This document shows, piece by piece, positions 43,369 to 54,715 of a stretch of 64,000 nucleotides of DNA. The notes below the pieces were generated by a model. It was not told the origin of the DNA. It made no database searches and saw only the letters and a list, made by a program, of their open reading frames with translations. The stretch is from Saprospiraceae bacterium (GTDB taxonomy: Bacteria; Bacteroidota; Bacteroidia; Chitinophagales; Saprospiraceae). The translations under genes were made by a program, and so were the position numbers. Location: the NCBI GenBank assembly GCA_016708265.1, contig JADJGA010000003.1:776017-840016 (forward strand), read 5' to 3'. Numbering within the stretch: the first letter of the stretch is position 1; the number at the start of each line of letters is the position of its first letter.

Positions 43369-43656
43369 ATGTTGGATGAAAAGGGAAATGTGATTGTTGA
43401 AAAAAGCTTTGGATTTGCTTTACGAATTATTGAGTTTACAGAATTACTTGAAAGTCAGAGAAAATATGTTATTGCAAATCAATTATTGAAAAGTGGGACT
43501 TCAATTGGTGCAAATATCAGAGAAGCACAGAATGCTGAAAGCAAAGCTGATTTCATACACAAAATGAAAATTGCTGGTAAAGAAGCCGATGAAACTGAAT
43601 ATTGGTTACTACTATGTAAATTTTCAAAAACTCATCCATTCGATGAAAACATATAG
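43369..43656 (+). CDS. Four-helix-bundle protein (TIGR02436; '23S rRNA intervening-sequence protein' family)
   Basis: Family-typical FGFALRII.F...ANQLLKSGTSIGANI.EAQ...S..DFIHKM.IA.KEA.ET.YWL. Confidence 0.8.
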   Translation: MLDEKGNVIVEKSFGFALRIIEFTELLESQRKYVIANQLLKSGTSIGANIREAQNAESKADFIHKMKIAGKEADETEYWLLLCKFSKTHPFDENI

Positions 43657-43689
43657 AATGATTTAAGTGAAATAAAGAAAATACTTAAT

Positions 43690-43885
43690 AAAATAATCGC
43701 ATCTTCAAAAAAGAGAATGTGAAAATGTGAGAATTCGAGAATGTGAGAATTCGAGAATGATTGAATGTGTCCCGAAAGCTTTCGGGATCGAGAATGTGAC
43801 AATGTGGTAATTTGCTAATTAATAAATTCTCACATTTACAAATTAATTTGCTAATTAACTAATTTGCTAATTAACTAAATAAAAA
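43690..43885. repeat. GAGAATGTGAGAATTC / AATTTGCTAATTAAC repeat arrays plus TCCCGAAAGCTTTCGGGA hairpin (right flank of a four-helix-bundle gene)
   Basis: Read directly; hairpin at 43770-43787. Confidence 0.85.
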
Positions 43886-43888
43886 ACT

Positions 43889-44925
43889 ATGCCATCTCAA
43901 AAAAAATTAAAATTTCTGGACAGATATCTTACTTTGTGGATATTCTTAGCCATGTTTGCAGGAGTATTTTTGGGCTGGTTAAGTCCTGACATTGCCGGAT
44001 TCTGGAATAAACTTTCATCTGGTACTACAAATATACCGATTGCAATCGGTTTGATAGTGATGATGTATCCACCACTCGCAAAAGTCAAATATGAAGAACT
44101 TGGAGATGTTTTTAGAAACACTAAAATCCTGGGATTATCTCTGGTACAGAACTGGATAATCGGACCAATTCTTATGTTTCTCCTTGCTATTGTATTTTTA
44201 CGTTTTAATGTAGATTACATGTATGGCCTGATTCTTATCGGGTTGGCCCGGTGCATTGCAATGGTAATAGTTTGGAATGATCTTGCTAAAGGTGACACAG
44301 AATATGCTGCCGGACTTGTAGCATTTAATTCAATATTTCAGGTTTTGTTTTTTTCTGTTTATGCTTACATTTTTATTGCTGTTTTGCCCGGTTGGTTTGG
44401 ATTGCCTGTAAATGATGTGGTTGCAAATATTACAATCGGACAGATAGCTGAGAGTGTTTTTATTTATCTGGGCATTCCCTTTATAGCAGGATTTTGACAA
44501 GATATTTATTGGTTAAAGCAAAAGGAAAGGATTGGTATAATAAAAAATTCATTCCTGCAATCAGTCCGCTTACTCTATATGCATTGCTTTTCACAATATT
44601 CGTGATGTTCTCACTCAAAGGTGAACTCATAGTAAAAATACCATTTGATGTTATCAGAATTGCTATTCCTCTTATAATTTATTTTGTATGTATGTTTGTA
44701 TTATCTTTCTTATGAGTAAAAGATTCGGGGCGAATTACAAACAATCAACAACTCTGTCTTTACAGCTGCCAGCAATAATTTCGAACTTGCAATAGCGGTG
44801 GCAATTTCAGTTTTGGCATTAATTCAGGTGAAGCATTTACTGCTGTGATCGGCCCTTTGGTTGAGGTGCCTGTGATGATAGCTTTGGTCAGTCTTGCATT
44901 TTGGTTTAAGAGAAAGCTGTTTTAA
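43889..44925 (+). pseudogene. acr3: ACR3-family arsenite efflux transporter, split into three frames (shifts near 44495 and 44715)
   Basis: N-terminus [13 protein letters not shown]...[14 protein letters not shown] and C-terminus ...[26 protein letters not shown] are ACR3 hallmarks; ORFs 43889..44497, 44494..44715 and the 44716-44925 frame are contiguous. Confidence 0.7.
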
Positions 44926-44942
44926 TGTGATAATTTGAAAAT

Positions 44943-45318
44943 TTGAAAATGTGCCAATGTGTCATTGAGATAATGTGCCAATTTGAAAATTTGAAAATTA
45001 TAAAAATAATTGAGTTTACAGAAACACTTGAAAATCAAAGAAAATATGTTCTTGCAAATCAATTATTGAAAAGTGGGACTTCAATAGGTGCAAATATCAG
45101 AGGAGCACAGAATGCCGAAAGCAAAGCTGATTTCATACATAAAATGAAAATTGCAGCAAAAGAAGGAGATGAAACTGAATAGTGGTTATTACTATTCAAG
45201 TTTTCAAAAGTACTTCTATTCGATGAAAGCATCCTGAATGAATTGAGTGAAATAAACAAAATACTAAATAAAATAATCGTATCATCAAAAAGAGAATTTG
45301 AGAATGTGTTAATTTGCT
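44943..45318 (+). pseudogene. Second, degenerate four-helix-bundle gene copy (in-frame stop after ...KEGDETE, then frame change)
   Basis: IEFTETLENQRKYVLANQLLKSGTSIGANIRGAQNAESKADFIHKMKIAAKEGDETE* ~90% identical to 43369..43656; flanked by the same repeat types (44925-45000, 45290-45375). Confidence 0.7.
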
Positions 45319-45376
45319 AATTATCACATTTGCTAATTTGCTAATTCTCACATTGGCTAATTAACTAATTAATAAT

Positions 45377-46720
45377 ATGGAAACAAAAAAAGAACTAAAA
45401 ATCCTGGTCTGGATTGGAATAATATTTGGTGCAGCATTCTTTTTACCTATTGAAAGTGCAAGGTTTAACACTGCAATTGCTGCAACATTGGATCTTGTGA
45501 AATGGTATGCCCGTGAGCATGTGATTTTATGCTTATTACCTGCTTTTTTTTTATTGCAGGGTTATCTCGGTATTTGTGAGTCAGGGTTCAATTTTGAGAT
45601 ACTTTGGAGCAAACGCAAAAAAATGGCTGGCTTACACAGTTGCTGCCAGCTCAGGAACTATTCTGGCAGTATGCAGTTGCACTATTTTGCCATTGTTCTC
45701 AAGCATTCACAAGAGAGGAGCAGGATTAGGACCGGCTATTGCCTTTCTATATTCTGGTCCCGCAATAAATATACTTGCCATCATTTTAACGGCAAGGATA
45801 CTCGGATTGCAAATGGGTATAGCCAGGACTATTGGTGCTGTATCTTTCAGTGTAATAATCGGATTGATAATGGCATTTATTTACCGAAAAGAAGAGAAAG
45901 TTAAAAAGGAAGAACAGATGAACATTCAGTTACCTGCTGAAAAGCGTCCGATGTGGCAAACTTCATTTCACTTTTTACACTTGTTTTGATACTTGTATTT
46001 GCAAACTGGGGAAAGCCATCCATAGATGACACATCAAGTGCCTGGTATTATTTATGGGCATACAAATGGTACATTACCGGATTTTTTTCATTGATGCTAG
46101 GCTTTTCACTAATTTATGTGCTAAAAATAAAATGGCAGTGGGTTTTGATGGCAGCATTTGCGACAATTGCTTCAGCGATATTAGCAACAAATCTTATTGA
46201 AAACTCAAAACTGGCACCACTTTTTCCGATGATGGTTGGGATAGCAGGTTTGAGTATTATTACGCTTTTGGACAAACAGGATGATGAAAACCGGGAATGG
46301 ACAATTTCAACCTGGGGTTTTGCAAAGCAAATTCTGCCATTGCTGGCAATAGGAGTTGTAACAGCCGGATTCCTGCTAGGATCAACACATGATGGTCAAA
46401 CAATTGCCGGAGTGATACCAAATGAATGGATACAATGGCTTGTGGGTGGCAATTCAGTTTTTTCCAATTTATTTGCATCAGTTGTCGGGGCATTTATGTA
46501 TTTTGCAACCCTTACAGAAGTTCCCATTCTTCAGGGGCTGATTGCATCCGGTATGGGAAAAGGCCCTGCTTTGGCTTTATTACTTGCCGGCCCATCACTT
46601 TCCCTTCCAAATATGCTTGTTATACAAAATGTTTTGGGAACTCAGAAGACAGTTGTTTATGTGACCCTGGTAGTGGCAATGGCAACAATTTCAGGTATGT
46701 TTACGGATGGCTATAACTAA
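45377..46720 (+). pseudogene. ArsP-like / DUF318 permease, split into three frames (shift at T10 run ~45545 and at T5 ~45985)
   Basis: Hallmark ILAVCSCTILPLF (TxCSC motif) in the second frame; N-terminal and C-terminal halves are permease-like TM segments in adjacent frames. Confidence 0.6.
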
Positions 46721-46735
46721 AAAGTTTAAACTTAT

Positions 46736-49700
46736 TTACTGATCTATAATTATACAATTTCCTTTGATTTCGACTGAACTTCCTTCGTTGCTAATTATTG
46801 CCGGATTTGTTGAACCCTGATAATTATGTAATACAACATTATCCAGTATCAGTTTGCCATTATTTTCAATAGCTCCTGCATTTAACCCTGCAGAATGGAT
46901 ATGAACACCCTTTAAAATCAGTCCATCACCGGTTGAGGGTGCTGAATTTTGGATAGTTGATCCTGTACCATTTGAGAATATGTGAATATTTTTAGTTAAA
47001 TCACTTTCAATCACAACATGTTTATTTATAACCAGATTTTCATTTCCGAGAAAAATGGTATCATTAATTATTGAAGAATTAAATCTGATAGTATCACCGG
47101 TAGTTGAACAATTGATTGCAGCATAAAAGAGACCTGCACCTTGAGGATATGTATTATCCACTTTCAGTCTGCAGAAATTATTTAAGCAGGTTTTAATTTT
47201 CCATGTTTGAAGACTGCCTCCATCATTGGTTGCAAGATCTTGGATCTGAAGTCTCCACTGACCTTTGACCTGTTGATTATTGAAAGTTAATAATGTATTG
47301 GAAGGTTTATATGTTCCCCCATCAGTAGGGGGGCACTGAATATCTAAATTTGCAGATTGGTCAAAATTGATATTGAAATTATCATTACTTCCACATTTCC
47401 GATCCATAATTACAACATTCACATTTGAGGGAGTATATAATGTAAATTTCAGATCACCTATATAAGTATGTAAACCAGTTAGACTTAAAACATCAAGGTC
47501 GTTTATTATTCCTAAGTCTGTAATGGGCAGATAAGAATTGACTGTTGGAGTTCCTGACGGTGAAATAATTACAGGAACATCTATACTATTATAAACAAAA
47601 CATGATTCAGTAACAAAGGAAAAAAATGCTGACCAATTGCCATTTCCGCAGGGTGAAATTGGTTTTACCCTCCAGTAAAATGTTGAAAGACCTTCAAGCA
47701 TCTGAGAGACTTGCAAGTTATTGGTAGCAGAATTCGTATTTACTATTAAAGTACTGAAGTCTGAAATTCGGGATATCTGTATTTCATAATATGCCGCACC
47801 TGCTATTGTATTCCAGCTTAATTGAGGTTTTATGCTTATGTTTGTCGAGTTATTGGCAGGAGATAATAGTGTAATAGATGACGCAGCAACATCAGTTACA
47901 ATCAAACTTAACATCGAATTCTTTACTGTAGATCCGGATGTACCAATGACCTGAATATTGTAAGAACCTGAAATGCCATCAATATTTGAAATTGTCAGGA
48001 TACTGCTTTGCCCTGGAATAACCGGATTATTTGAAAAACTATAGTTTACTCCCGAAGGTAGTCCTGCAACGCTTAAAGTTACCGGTTGACTGAATCCCAA
48101 AATACTCAATACATTCACAGCAATGTCTCCACTCTGTTGCGGACAAAGCATAAGTGACGCCGGATCTAATTGCAGACTAAATGATGGAACTCCTGTATTA
48201 ATTGTAATATTTGCATTATTGATATCAAAGAAAATATTGTCTACAGCTTTGACCATAATCCTTACAGTGGAGCTTATCCCTACAGGCACAACAATTTCCT
48301 GAGAACCATCATTAGGAGTTGAACTTAGCAAAGTTACAGGAAAGGTATTGCCACCATCATAAGATAAAAGTATACTTACATTTACAGTATTAATACCATT
48401 AGCTGTTGTTCCTGCTACATCCCATGTTATTGCTTTAGTTTCTCCTTCCAGCCAGGTGGTTGCATAATTTTGAGATGTTATTACAAATGGGCCTGCAGCA
48501 CTCCACAGTTGTAACAGTACGATTTATTTCCGAATTGCAACCCGCTACTCCTGTAAAATCGCGTGCAACGCCCCTGAAGTTCATGGTTCTTGAAACCGAT
48601 GGAAGAACCTGCCAGGTATTAGTTGTATTATTAAGAATATTCGCTAATGGAGGAAAATACCTCGATGGTGAAGTAGTGGCAAAAATACTTCGAAACATAG
48701 GACCTGTTGTATTGGTAGAAACTGGAGGCATTGTCTGAGCAGGAGAAACATAGCTGTTCATTTGATCCCAGTCATAGGAAATGGGATTGCCATCAGGATC
48801 TGAAGCATTTAACGTTAAAACAAATGGGGTAGATTTTGGTATAGTGTAATTTGGTTGTGCGGTAACATTTGGAGCATTATTTGCAAAAGTGCCAACTATT
48901 TGTGCACAACCATTTCCTGAACCTGTCAGAAATGTTTTAATTTCCTGGAGACTTTTGGCATGAAAATAAGGGTCGCTGTTAGTTTGAACATCGGGACTGC
49001 AAATTCCTGCATATGCCATAATTGTTGAAGCACTTCCTGGTTCCATAGCTGTACTGGCATTCCTGTTGCAGTTATTGTATTGCAAGTATGGTTTGCATTA
49101 AACTGATGTCCCATCTCATGAGTGACATAATCAATTACTAAAAGGATCTCCAACCGGGGTTGGAGAGCCTGTAAACCTCCTGCCTTATTATCAGTACTCA
49201 CAAACACACCCTAAATATGCAATTCCTCCATCTCCAGTACTAAAAACATGGCCAATATCGAAATTGGCTGATCCTATTACATTAGTACAATTATTTTGAT
49301 TTGCTGTTAAGTCACTAGATGAACCATCATTAGTATAACCATCGGTAGCAGCATTATAATAAAAAACCAGATTAGTATTTGCAATCAAAACAAGTCTTAC
49401 GGCAAGTTCTGATTCATATACTTCATTTACGCGATTAATAACTGTCACAACTGCAGACATCACAAGTCCTGATTGAGCAGAACTTGTAGCCCCAAAAAAA
49501 TTGCTGTATTCTCCAGTTGTTGCCTGAGCAAGCCTGTAACTCTTAACTGGCAATCCCCAATTCTTAGACATCATCGTTTTCCCTGGTTTGTCATTGAATC
49601 ATCATTGACAAAACATTCCCATCAACCTTTTTTGAATTCTTTTTTTGAATAAACAATTCTTATTTGTTTATCATCTCTTTGAAAATAATCAATATAATAT

Positions 49701-50149
49701 TTTCCTTCATCCAAAGAGGAAATGACAGCCCTGAACCCCTGCAAAGTATAATCTATTCTGATGCTTTTTAACTGATCTGAAATCGAAACACCATAAAATG
49801 TTCTTATATCGGGATATTGCAGAGCCAATTCAGGTTCCATCATATAGTATTCTACAACTTTGAATTTTTCAGTCTTGCCATCCGGCAATCCAACATTGAT
49901 TATCTGATCAGAATTTGCAACATCTTTCTCCGATTCTTTTGGCGAACTCCACAGAATAGTTTTCATCATTTCGTCATCAAAATTGTAAATGACATACTTT
50001 TCGGGAATGATATCCCTGATGCCTTTATTTTCAATCTGATCCAAAGAAACAACGTTCCATGATTGACTGAATAAAATAGAAAACTGAAAAAATGCCAGAA
50101 AAAACAGAAAAAATCTTTTACCCATAAAGTCCCATTTTAAAAAATGCAA
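46736..50149 (-). pseudogene. Secreted reprolysin-like (metzincin) zinc metalloprotease with FN3-like and proprotein-convertase P-domains. Fragmented into at least five ORFs (49622..50149, 49191..49574, 48926..49207, 48435..49085, 46736..48331)
   Basis: Signal peptide (MGKRFFLFFLAFFQFSILFSQ); HEMGHQFNANH zinc-binding HExxHxxxxxH; IMAYAGICS reprolysin_5-like segment; P-domain segment GDLKFTLYTPSNVNVVIMDRKCGSNDNF...WRLQIQD. Confidence 0.55.
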
Positions 50150-50355
50150 AAATAGAAATTCAATTGTTTATCTTGTAAAAATTGGCCTGAAAATCAATTA
50201 TAAAAAATTATATTTTTAATTGAAAAACGAAACAGGATTTTTAAATACAAAAGTAATTGAATATCAACATAAATATTTTAATGATGCATCAATAGATCAA
50301 AATGTTGATTTTAGAAGATGAATTCTTTATATGACTCAAACATTTTTAAACAATA

Positions 50356-52214
50356 TCACCATCCTATCCCATAATCTTCTCCAAAATTGCTGGATCCACC
50401 CCAAAAACTGCCATGCTCCCTGTCAAAATAAATTGCATTTACAGGACCGCTGGTTTTTTCTCTGAAAGTTAGTTTGTATCCCATATTGCTAAGGTCTTTT
50501 CTTATCCATTTTGGGATTTGTTCGTTCAGGATCAATGAACCTATGAGTTTTTCGTGATCACCAAAACTTGAAAACATCTGGTTTGTGATAAAACCCGGAG
50601 CTTCACATGCTTCCTGTACTGTCATATTGAATTCAACCATGTTGAGGAAAAACTGGAGTAAAAGCTGATCCTGTTCATCTCCCCCCTGCTTTGCAAATGA
50701 AAGAAAAGGTTTACCGTCTTTAAGAGCAAGTGTCGGAGTTAAAGTTACCCTTGGACGCTTTCCCGGGGCAACAACATTGTAAGGATTTTCTTTTTCATCT
50801 AAAACAAAACTCTGCATTCTCTGACTCATCCCGATACCTGTATTGCCAGCAATACATGCCGGGATCCATCCCCCGCTCGGAGTCATTGAAACCACCCATC
50901 CATTTTCATCAGATGCTTCGACTGATGTGGTTCCTGCAGTGAAACTTTTTATATAATCCTCATCAAATTGGTCAAAATTGAAGCCTTGTTCATTATCAGA
51001 ATTATTAATCGATTTTTTAAAGGGATTTACCTTGTCTTCATAAGGATATGGGTCTCCGGGTTTGACTCCCGGGTCATTTTTGTCAAAATTGATAAGTTCA
51101 CTTCTTTCTTTTGCATATAGTTTTGAAAGCAGTCCTTTTATCGGTTCTTCAGGTGGAAAAGCAGGATCACCATAATAGAAATCACGGTCTGCAAAAGCCA
51201 GATTCATAGCCTGATAAAGAGTATGAATGTACCTGGTTGAATTGTATCCCATGCTTTTTAAATCAAAATTTTCAAGGATGTTGAGTATTTGTAGCATTAC
51301 CGGACCCTGAGACCATTGCTGAAGTTTATATACATCAATACCCTTATAATTTGACATAAGAGGCTCTTCAATTTTGACTTGCCATTCTTCCATATCTTTA
51401 AGAGTGATCAATCCTCCCTGTTCCTGACATCCCTTAACAAACTCCTGACCAATATCACCTTTATAAAACCTGTCATACGCTGCATAGATGGCTTCTTTCC
51501 TGGATTTACCTGTTTTAAGTGCATTTTGTTCTGCTTCAACCAGTTTTCTGAGTGTTGCAAGAAGATCTTTCTGAACAAATATTTCTCCCGGATAAGGTGC
51601 TTCACGGATTTGTCCTTCGTGAGGAAGAAAAACTTTTTTGAATAAGTCCATTCTTTGATCAGTTTCTTATCACGTTCTAGTGCGTTGGCAGTCTGAGCTT
51701 CTATAGGATAGCCTTCTGCCATTTCCAAAGCCGGAGTCAGAACTTCTTTTAAACTCATAGTGCCATATTCTGCAAGCATAACCATAAGTCCACCCGGAGT
51801 TCCCGGAGTAATTGCTGCAAGAGCGCCATATTGGGGAGGATATTTATATCCCTTATTCTTAAAGAATTCAGGTGTAGCTCCAGATGGTGCGACTCCCAGA
51901 GCATTTATTGCTATCACTTTTTTAGTGACTGGATTATAGATCAGGGCCTGGGTTTCACCACCCCAGCTCAAAACATCCCACATAGTGCAGGTAGCAGCCA
52001 GCATGGCACAGGAAGCATCCACAGCATTTCCACCTTTGGCAAAAATCATTGCTCCCGCTGTAGCTGCTAAAGGTTTCCCCGTAATGGCCATCCAATGCTT
52101 GCCATGAAGAGGTGGTTTTTGAGTCACGACAGGGAGTGTATTAAATGACTGGGTATAAACGTTGCTATTTACAATAACTAAAAAGCAGATCAAAAAAAAA
52201 TCCTTCATTTTCAA
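50356..52214 (-). pseudogene. ggt: Gamma-glutamyltranspeptidase, one frameshift at an A6 run (~51650)
   Basis: N-terminal part (51408..52214; signal peptide; GGNAVDASCAMLAA...) and C-terminal part (50356..51651; Thr nucleophile region SFTAGTTSVEASDENGWVVSMTPSGG...) are both GGT; the ORFs overlap in different frames. Confidence 0.8.
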
Positions 52215-52404
52215 ATTTTATTTATCAGTTTATTGGTTTACAAAATGTCCCATTAAATGCAAATTTAATATAAAGATCTTTTGTTTTTTATTAAAAAGAT
52301 CAATATCTGATTTTTTTAACTTTAAATCTCTTGTGAAAAAACTTGATTTTATGAAAAATTTAGAGTAATTTTGGTTTCTATACATGAGTATTATCAATAA
52401 ATAA

Positions 52405-53418
52405 ATGATTATGTATAAAGATTGCAGGATATTATTTTTGGCTCTTTTTGAGATTTTTCTGTGTTTTTATCATACGGGACTGCCAGCACAGAAACCTTCA
52501 AGTAATGATTCCCACACACTTATAATTTATACCATCCCGTCAGTTGTAGAAATGGACTGGACTTCTCCCGGATCTTTATCATATTCTGCTGAAAGTTCTT
52601 TTCTATTATCAGAAAAATGTGATTATGCCATGGGACATATGTTCGTTCAGCTCATTTCACCATTATTAAAAGAGCCTTTGTATGCAGGAATGGCAGTTAA
52701 ATCAAGAAAAGGTCTTGAAAAACTTGTTCTTATCGATAAAATAGGTTTGGGTGTATTGATGGTTGAGAATGAAGGTTATCTTGAAAAAAATAATAAGTTA
52801 ATAAAGATTATTGCCAGACATAGCAAAAATAAAAAAATTTCCGCAATTAGGATTTCAATAAATGAAACTGCAATGAAGAGAGTTCTGCAATTTATTGAAA
52901 AATTCGACAAGACTGATGAATTTGGATATAAACCATCCAATTATTACGGAGGAGTATTTTGGCCTCTTTACGAAAACGAGGGAGCAGGTTGTTCAGCATT
53001 TGCTATGTCAATTCTTCACCTTGCCGGTTTTTCAATGGAAGAACTTGAGAAATGGAAAGTTGAAGTAAAATTGCCGATGACATTAATTGGTGGGAAATTG
53101 AATAATGGTAAAAAAGTTAAATTCAGAGAAGTAATAGAAACTGATCAGTGGTATGTCGGACAAGGGTTGCCCGGTAAAGATTATATAAGTTTTTCAACTT
53201 ATGATCCCTCACTTTTGTATAAATGGATAAATCTGGAGCTATCCAAAAATCCCAATCATGTAAAAAACAAAAATGATGTTAGTCTAAATAATATGCCTGT
53301 GATGGAAATGGATTATTCTGATAAATTGATATCAGAAAATGCTCCGATCTTTATATCAAGGCCTGAACCGCATATTTTTATAGATTACTTTTTTTCAAAT
53401 CTGAAATCAGTGAAATAA
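52405..53418 (+). CDS. Hypothetical secreted protein (337 aa)
   Basis: Hydrophobic N-terminus; conserved-looking Cys/His (CDYAMGHMF, GAGCSAFAMSILHLAG) hint at a thiol hydrolase fold, but no confident family assignment. Confidence 0.4.
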   Translation: MIMYKDCRILFLALFEIFLCFYHTGLPAQKPSSNDSHTLIIYTIPSVVEMDWTSPGSLSYSAESSFLLSEKCDYAMGHMFVQLISPLLKEPLYAGMAVKSRKGLEKLVLIDKIGLGVLMVENEGYLEKNNKLIKIIARHSKNKKISAIRISINETAMKRVLQFIEKFDKTDEFGYKPSNYYGGVFWPLYENEGAGCSAFAMSILHLAGFSMEELEKWKVEVKLPMTLIGGKLNNGKKVKFREVIETDQWYVGQGLPGKDYISFSTYDPSLLYKWINLELSKNPNHVKNKNDVSLNNMPVMEMDYSDKLISENAPIFISRPEPHIFIDYFFSNLKSVK

Positions 53419-53581
53419 ATACCTGTATTTTAAGATTCCTTAAAATGGGATTCAATTAACAAATTTCCATTGTCGCCTTTTATTAATTAGTATTATGAAT
53501 CAGATTTTTTACTCTGAAATTCAGGAATAGCAAATGCAGAGCTAATAAATAGCCCTGCATTCCATAAAACTATTGTTACTA

Positions 53582-54085
53582 CTATGTAAAAATTATCTGG
53601 GTTCTGTCTCCATCACACATTTCGTAGAACTTGCCTACGGTGATAATATCAACCACATCGTCCCAAAGGTCTTCTTTTTTCAATCCGAACATTTCGACAG
53701 CGAGTTTGCATGCAAATACTTCACCCCCACCTGCTGTGAACATTTCAAGAAATTCTCCTACAGGAGGAATATCAAGTTTGGCCATACCACTTTTCATCAT
53801 TGCAGAAACGCCTGCTTCAACTCCGGGCAACACACCAAGTAATGATGGGAAAGGAAACCCTCCCGGCATTCTCATTGCCGGATTACCAACAGTAGCTGTA
53901 TGAAGACTGTTCATTTGTTTTTTTGTGATAGCATCAAGACCAAAGAAAGTGAAGAATAGCTTTGCCTCCATACCTTCCATAACGGCTCCATTAGCCATCA
54001 CTAATGCTGCCATAACATCTTCCAGTGCACCTTTAGCACAAATGATACAAACCTTTTGTAAAGGTTTTTTTTCTGTTTTTTCCAT
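53582..54085 (-). CDS. DsrE/DsrF-like (DsrE2-type) sulfur-relay family protein
   Basis: 167 aa; VCIICAKGALEDV N-terminal Cys-containing loop and GGEVFACKLAVEMFG typical of the DrsE_2 family. Confidence 0.65.
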   Translation of the reverse strand: MEKTEKKPLQKVCIICAKGALEDVMAALVMANGAVMEGMEAKLFFTFFGLDAITKKQMNSLHTATVGNPAMRMPGGFPFPSLLGVLPGVEAGVSAMMKSGMAKLDIPPVGEFLEMFTAGGGEVFACKLAVEMFGLKKEDLWDDVVDIITVGKFYEMCDGDRTQIIFT

Positions 54086-54133
54086 AATTTTTATTTTTAA
54101 TATTTGTCAATAGAATTTGAGTTCAGGGGAATA

Positions 54134-54445
54134 TTAAACACAACTTGTGGGTTTTGGCAATCCTGCATATTTTGAAGACATTTTCAGAGGTCCTTTTGGG
54201 AATAATGCATAAAACTGTTTAATATCAACAATTCCTGAATTTCCAACTTTCCTGATTGTAAGTTGCTCCCCACCATTTACAGTCTTCCTTAAAAAATTTA
54301 AAACCTCAAAATGTTTGTCTGTCAATTCCAGTTCATCTTCTGCTGCAAGTGCCCTTGCTACTTCTTCATTCCATTGAGACGGATCAACTAAAAATCCATC
54401 TTCGTCAATTTTTACGCTGTTTCCAGCAACATTCAATTCTTTCAT
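54134..54445 (-). CDS. TusE/DsrC/DsvC-family sulfur relay protein
   Basis: 103 aa; C-terminal flexible arm ...GLPKPTSCV with the penultimate Cys, as in DsrC/TusE. Confidence 0.75.
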   Translation of the reverse strand: MKELNVAGNSVKIDEDGFLVDPSQWNEEVARALAAEDELELTDKHFEVLNFLRKTVNGGEQLTIRKVGNSGIVDIKQFYALFPKGPLKMSSKYAGLPKPTSCV

Positions 54446-54475
54446 ATTTGTTTGATTTTTTATTGTTAATTAAAT

Positions 54476-54688
54476 TTAATTCATATTTTTTGATAAATTT
54501 TTCATAAAAGTAACTCCGAATCCAAGAGCTTTTTTCATTTCCGGAGTATTGATCTCCCTCATTATTTTCCAGACTGAGTATGGTTGTATATCTTTTGTCT
54601 CAATACTCGAATATACGTGAATAGCATTATCAATTGATTTCAACATTTCAGGTTGTGTTAGATCCTTAACTGTATAAATTATCAGCAT
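54476..54688 (-). CDS. Small hypothetical protein (70 aa)
   Basis: ORF only; position inside the sulfur module between the DsrC-like and DUF1641 genes. Confidence 0.3.
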   Translation of the reverse strand: MLIIYTVKDLTQPEMLKSIDNAIHVYSSIETKDIQPYSVWKIMREINTPEMKKALGFGVTFMKNLSKNMN

Positions 54689-54715
54689 AATATTATCAGA
54701 AGGTCCTTGAGGTCT

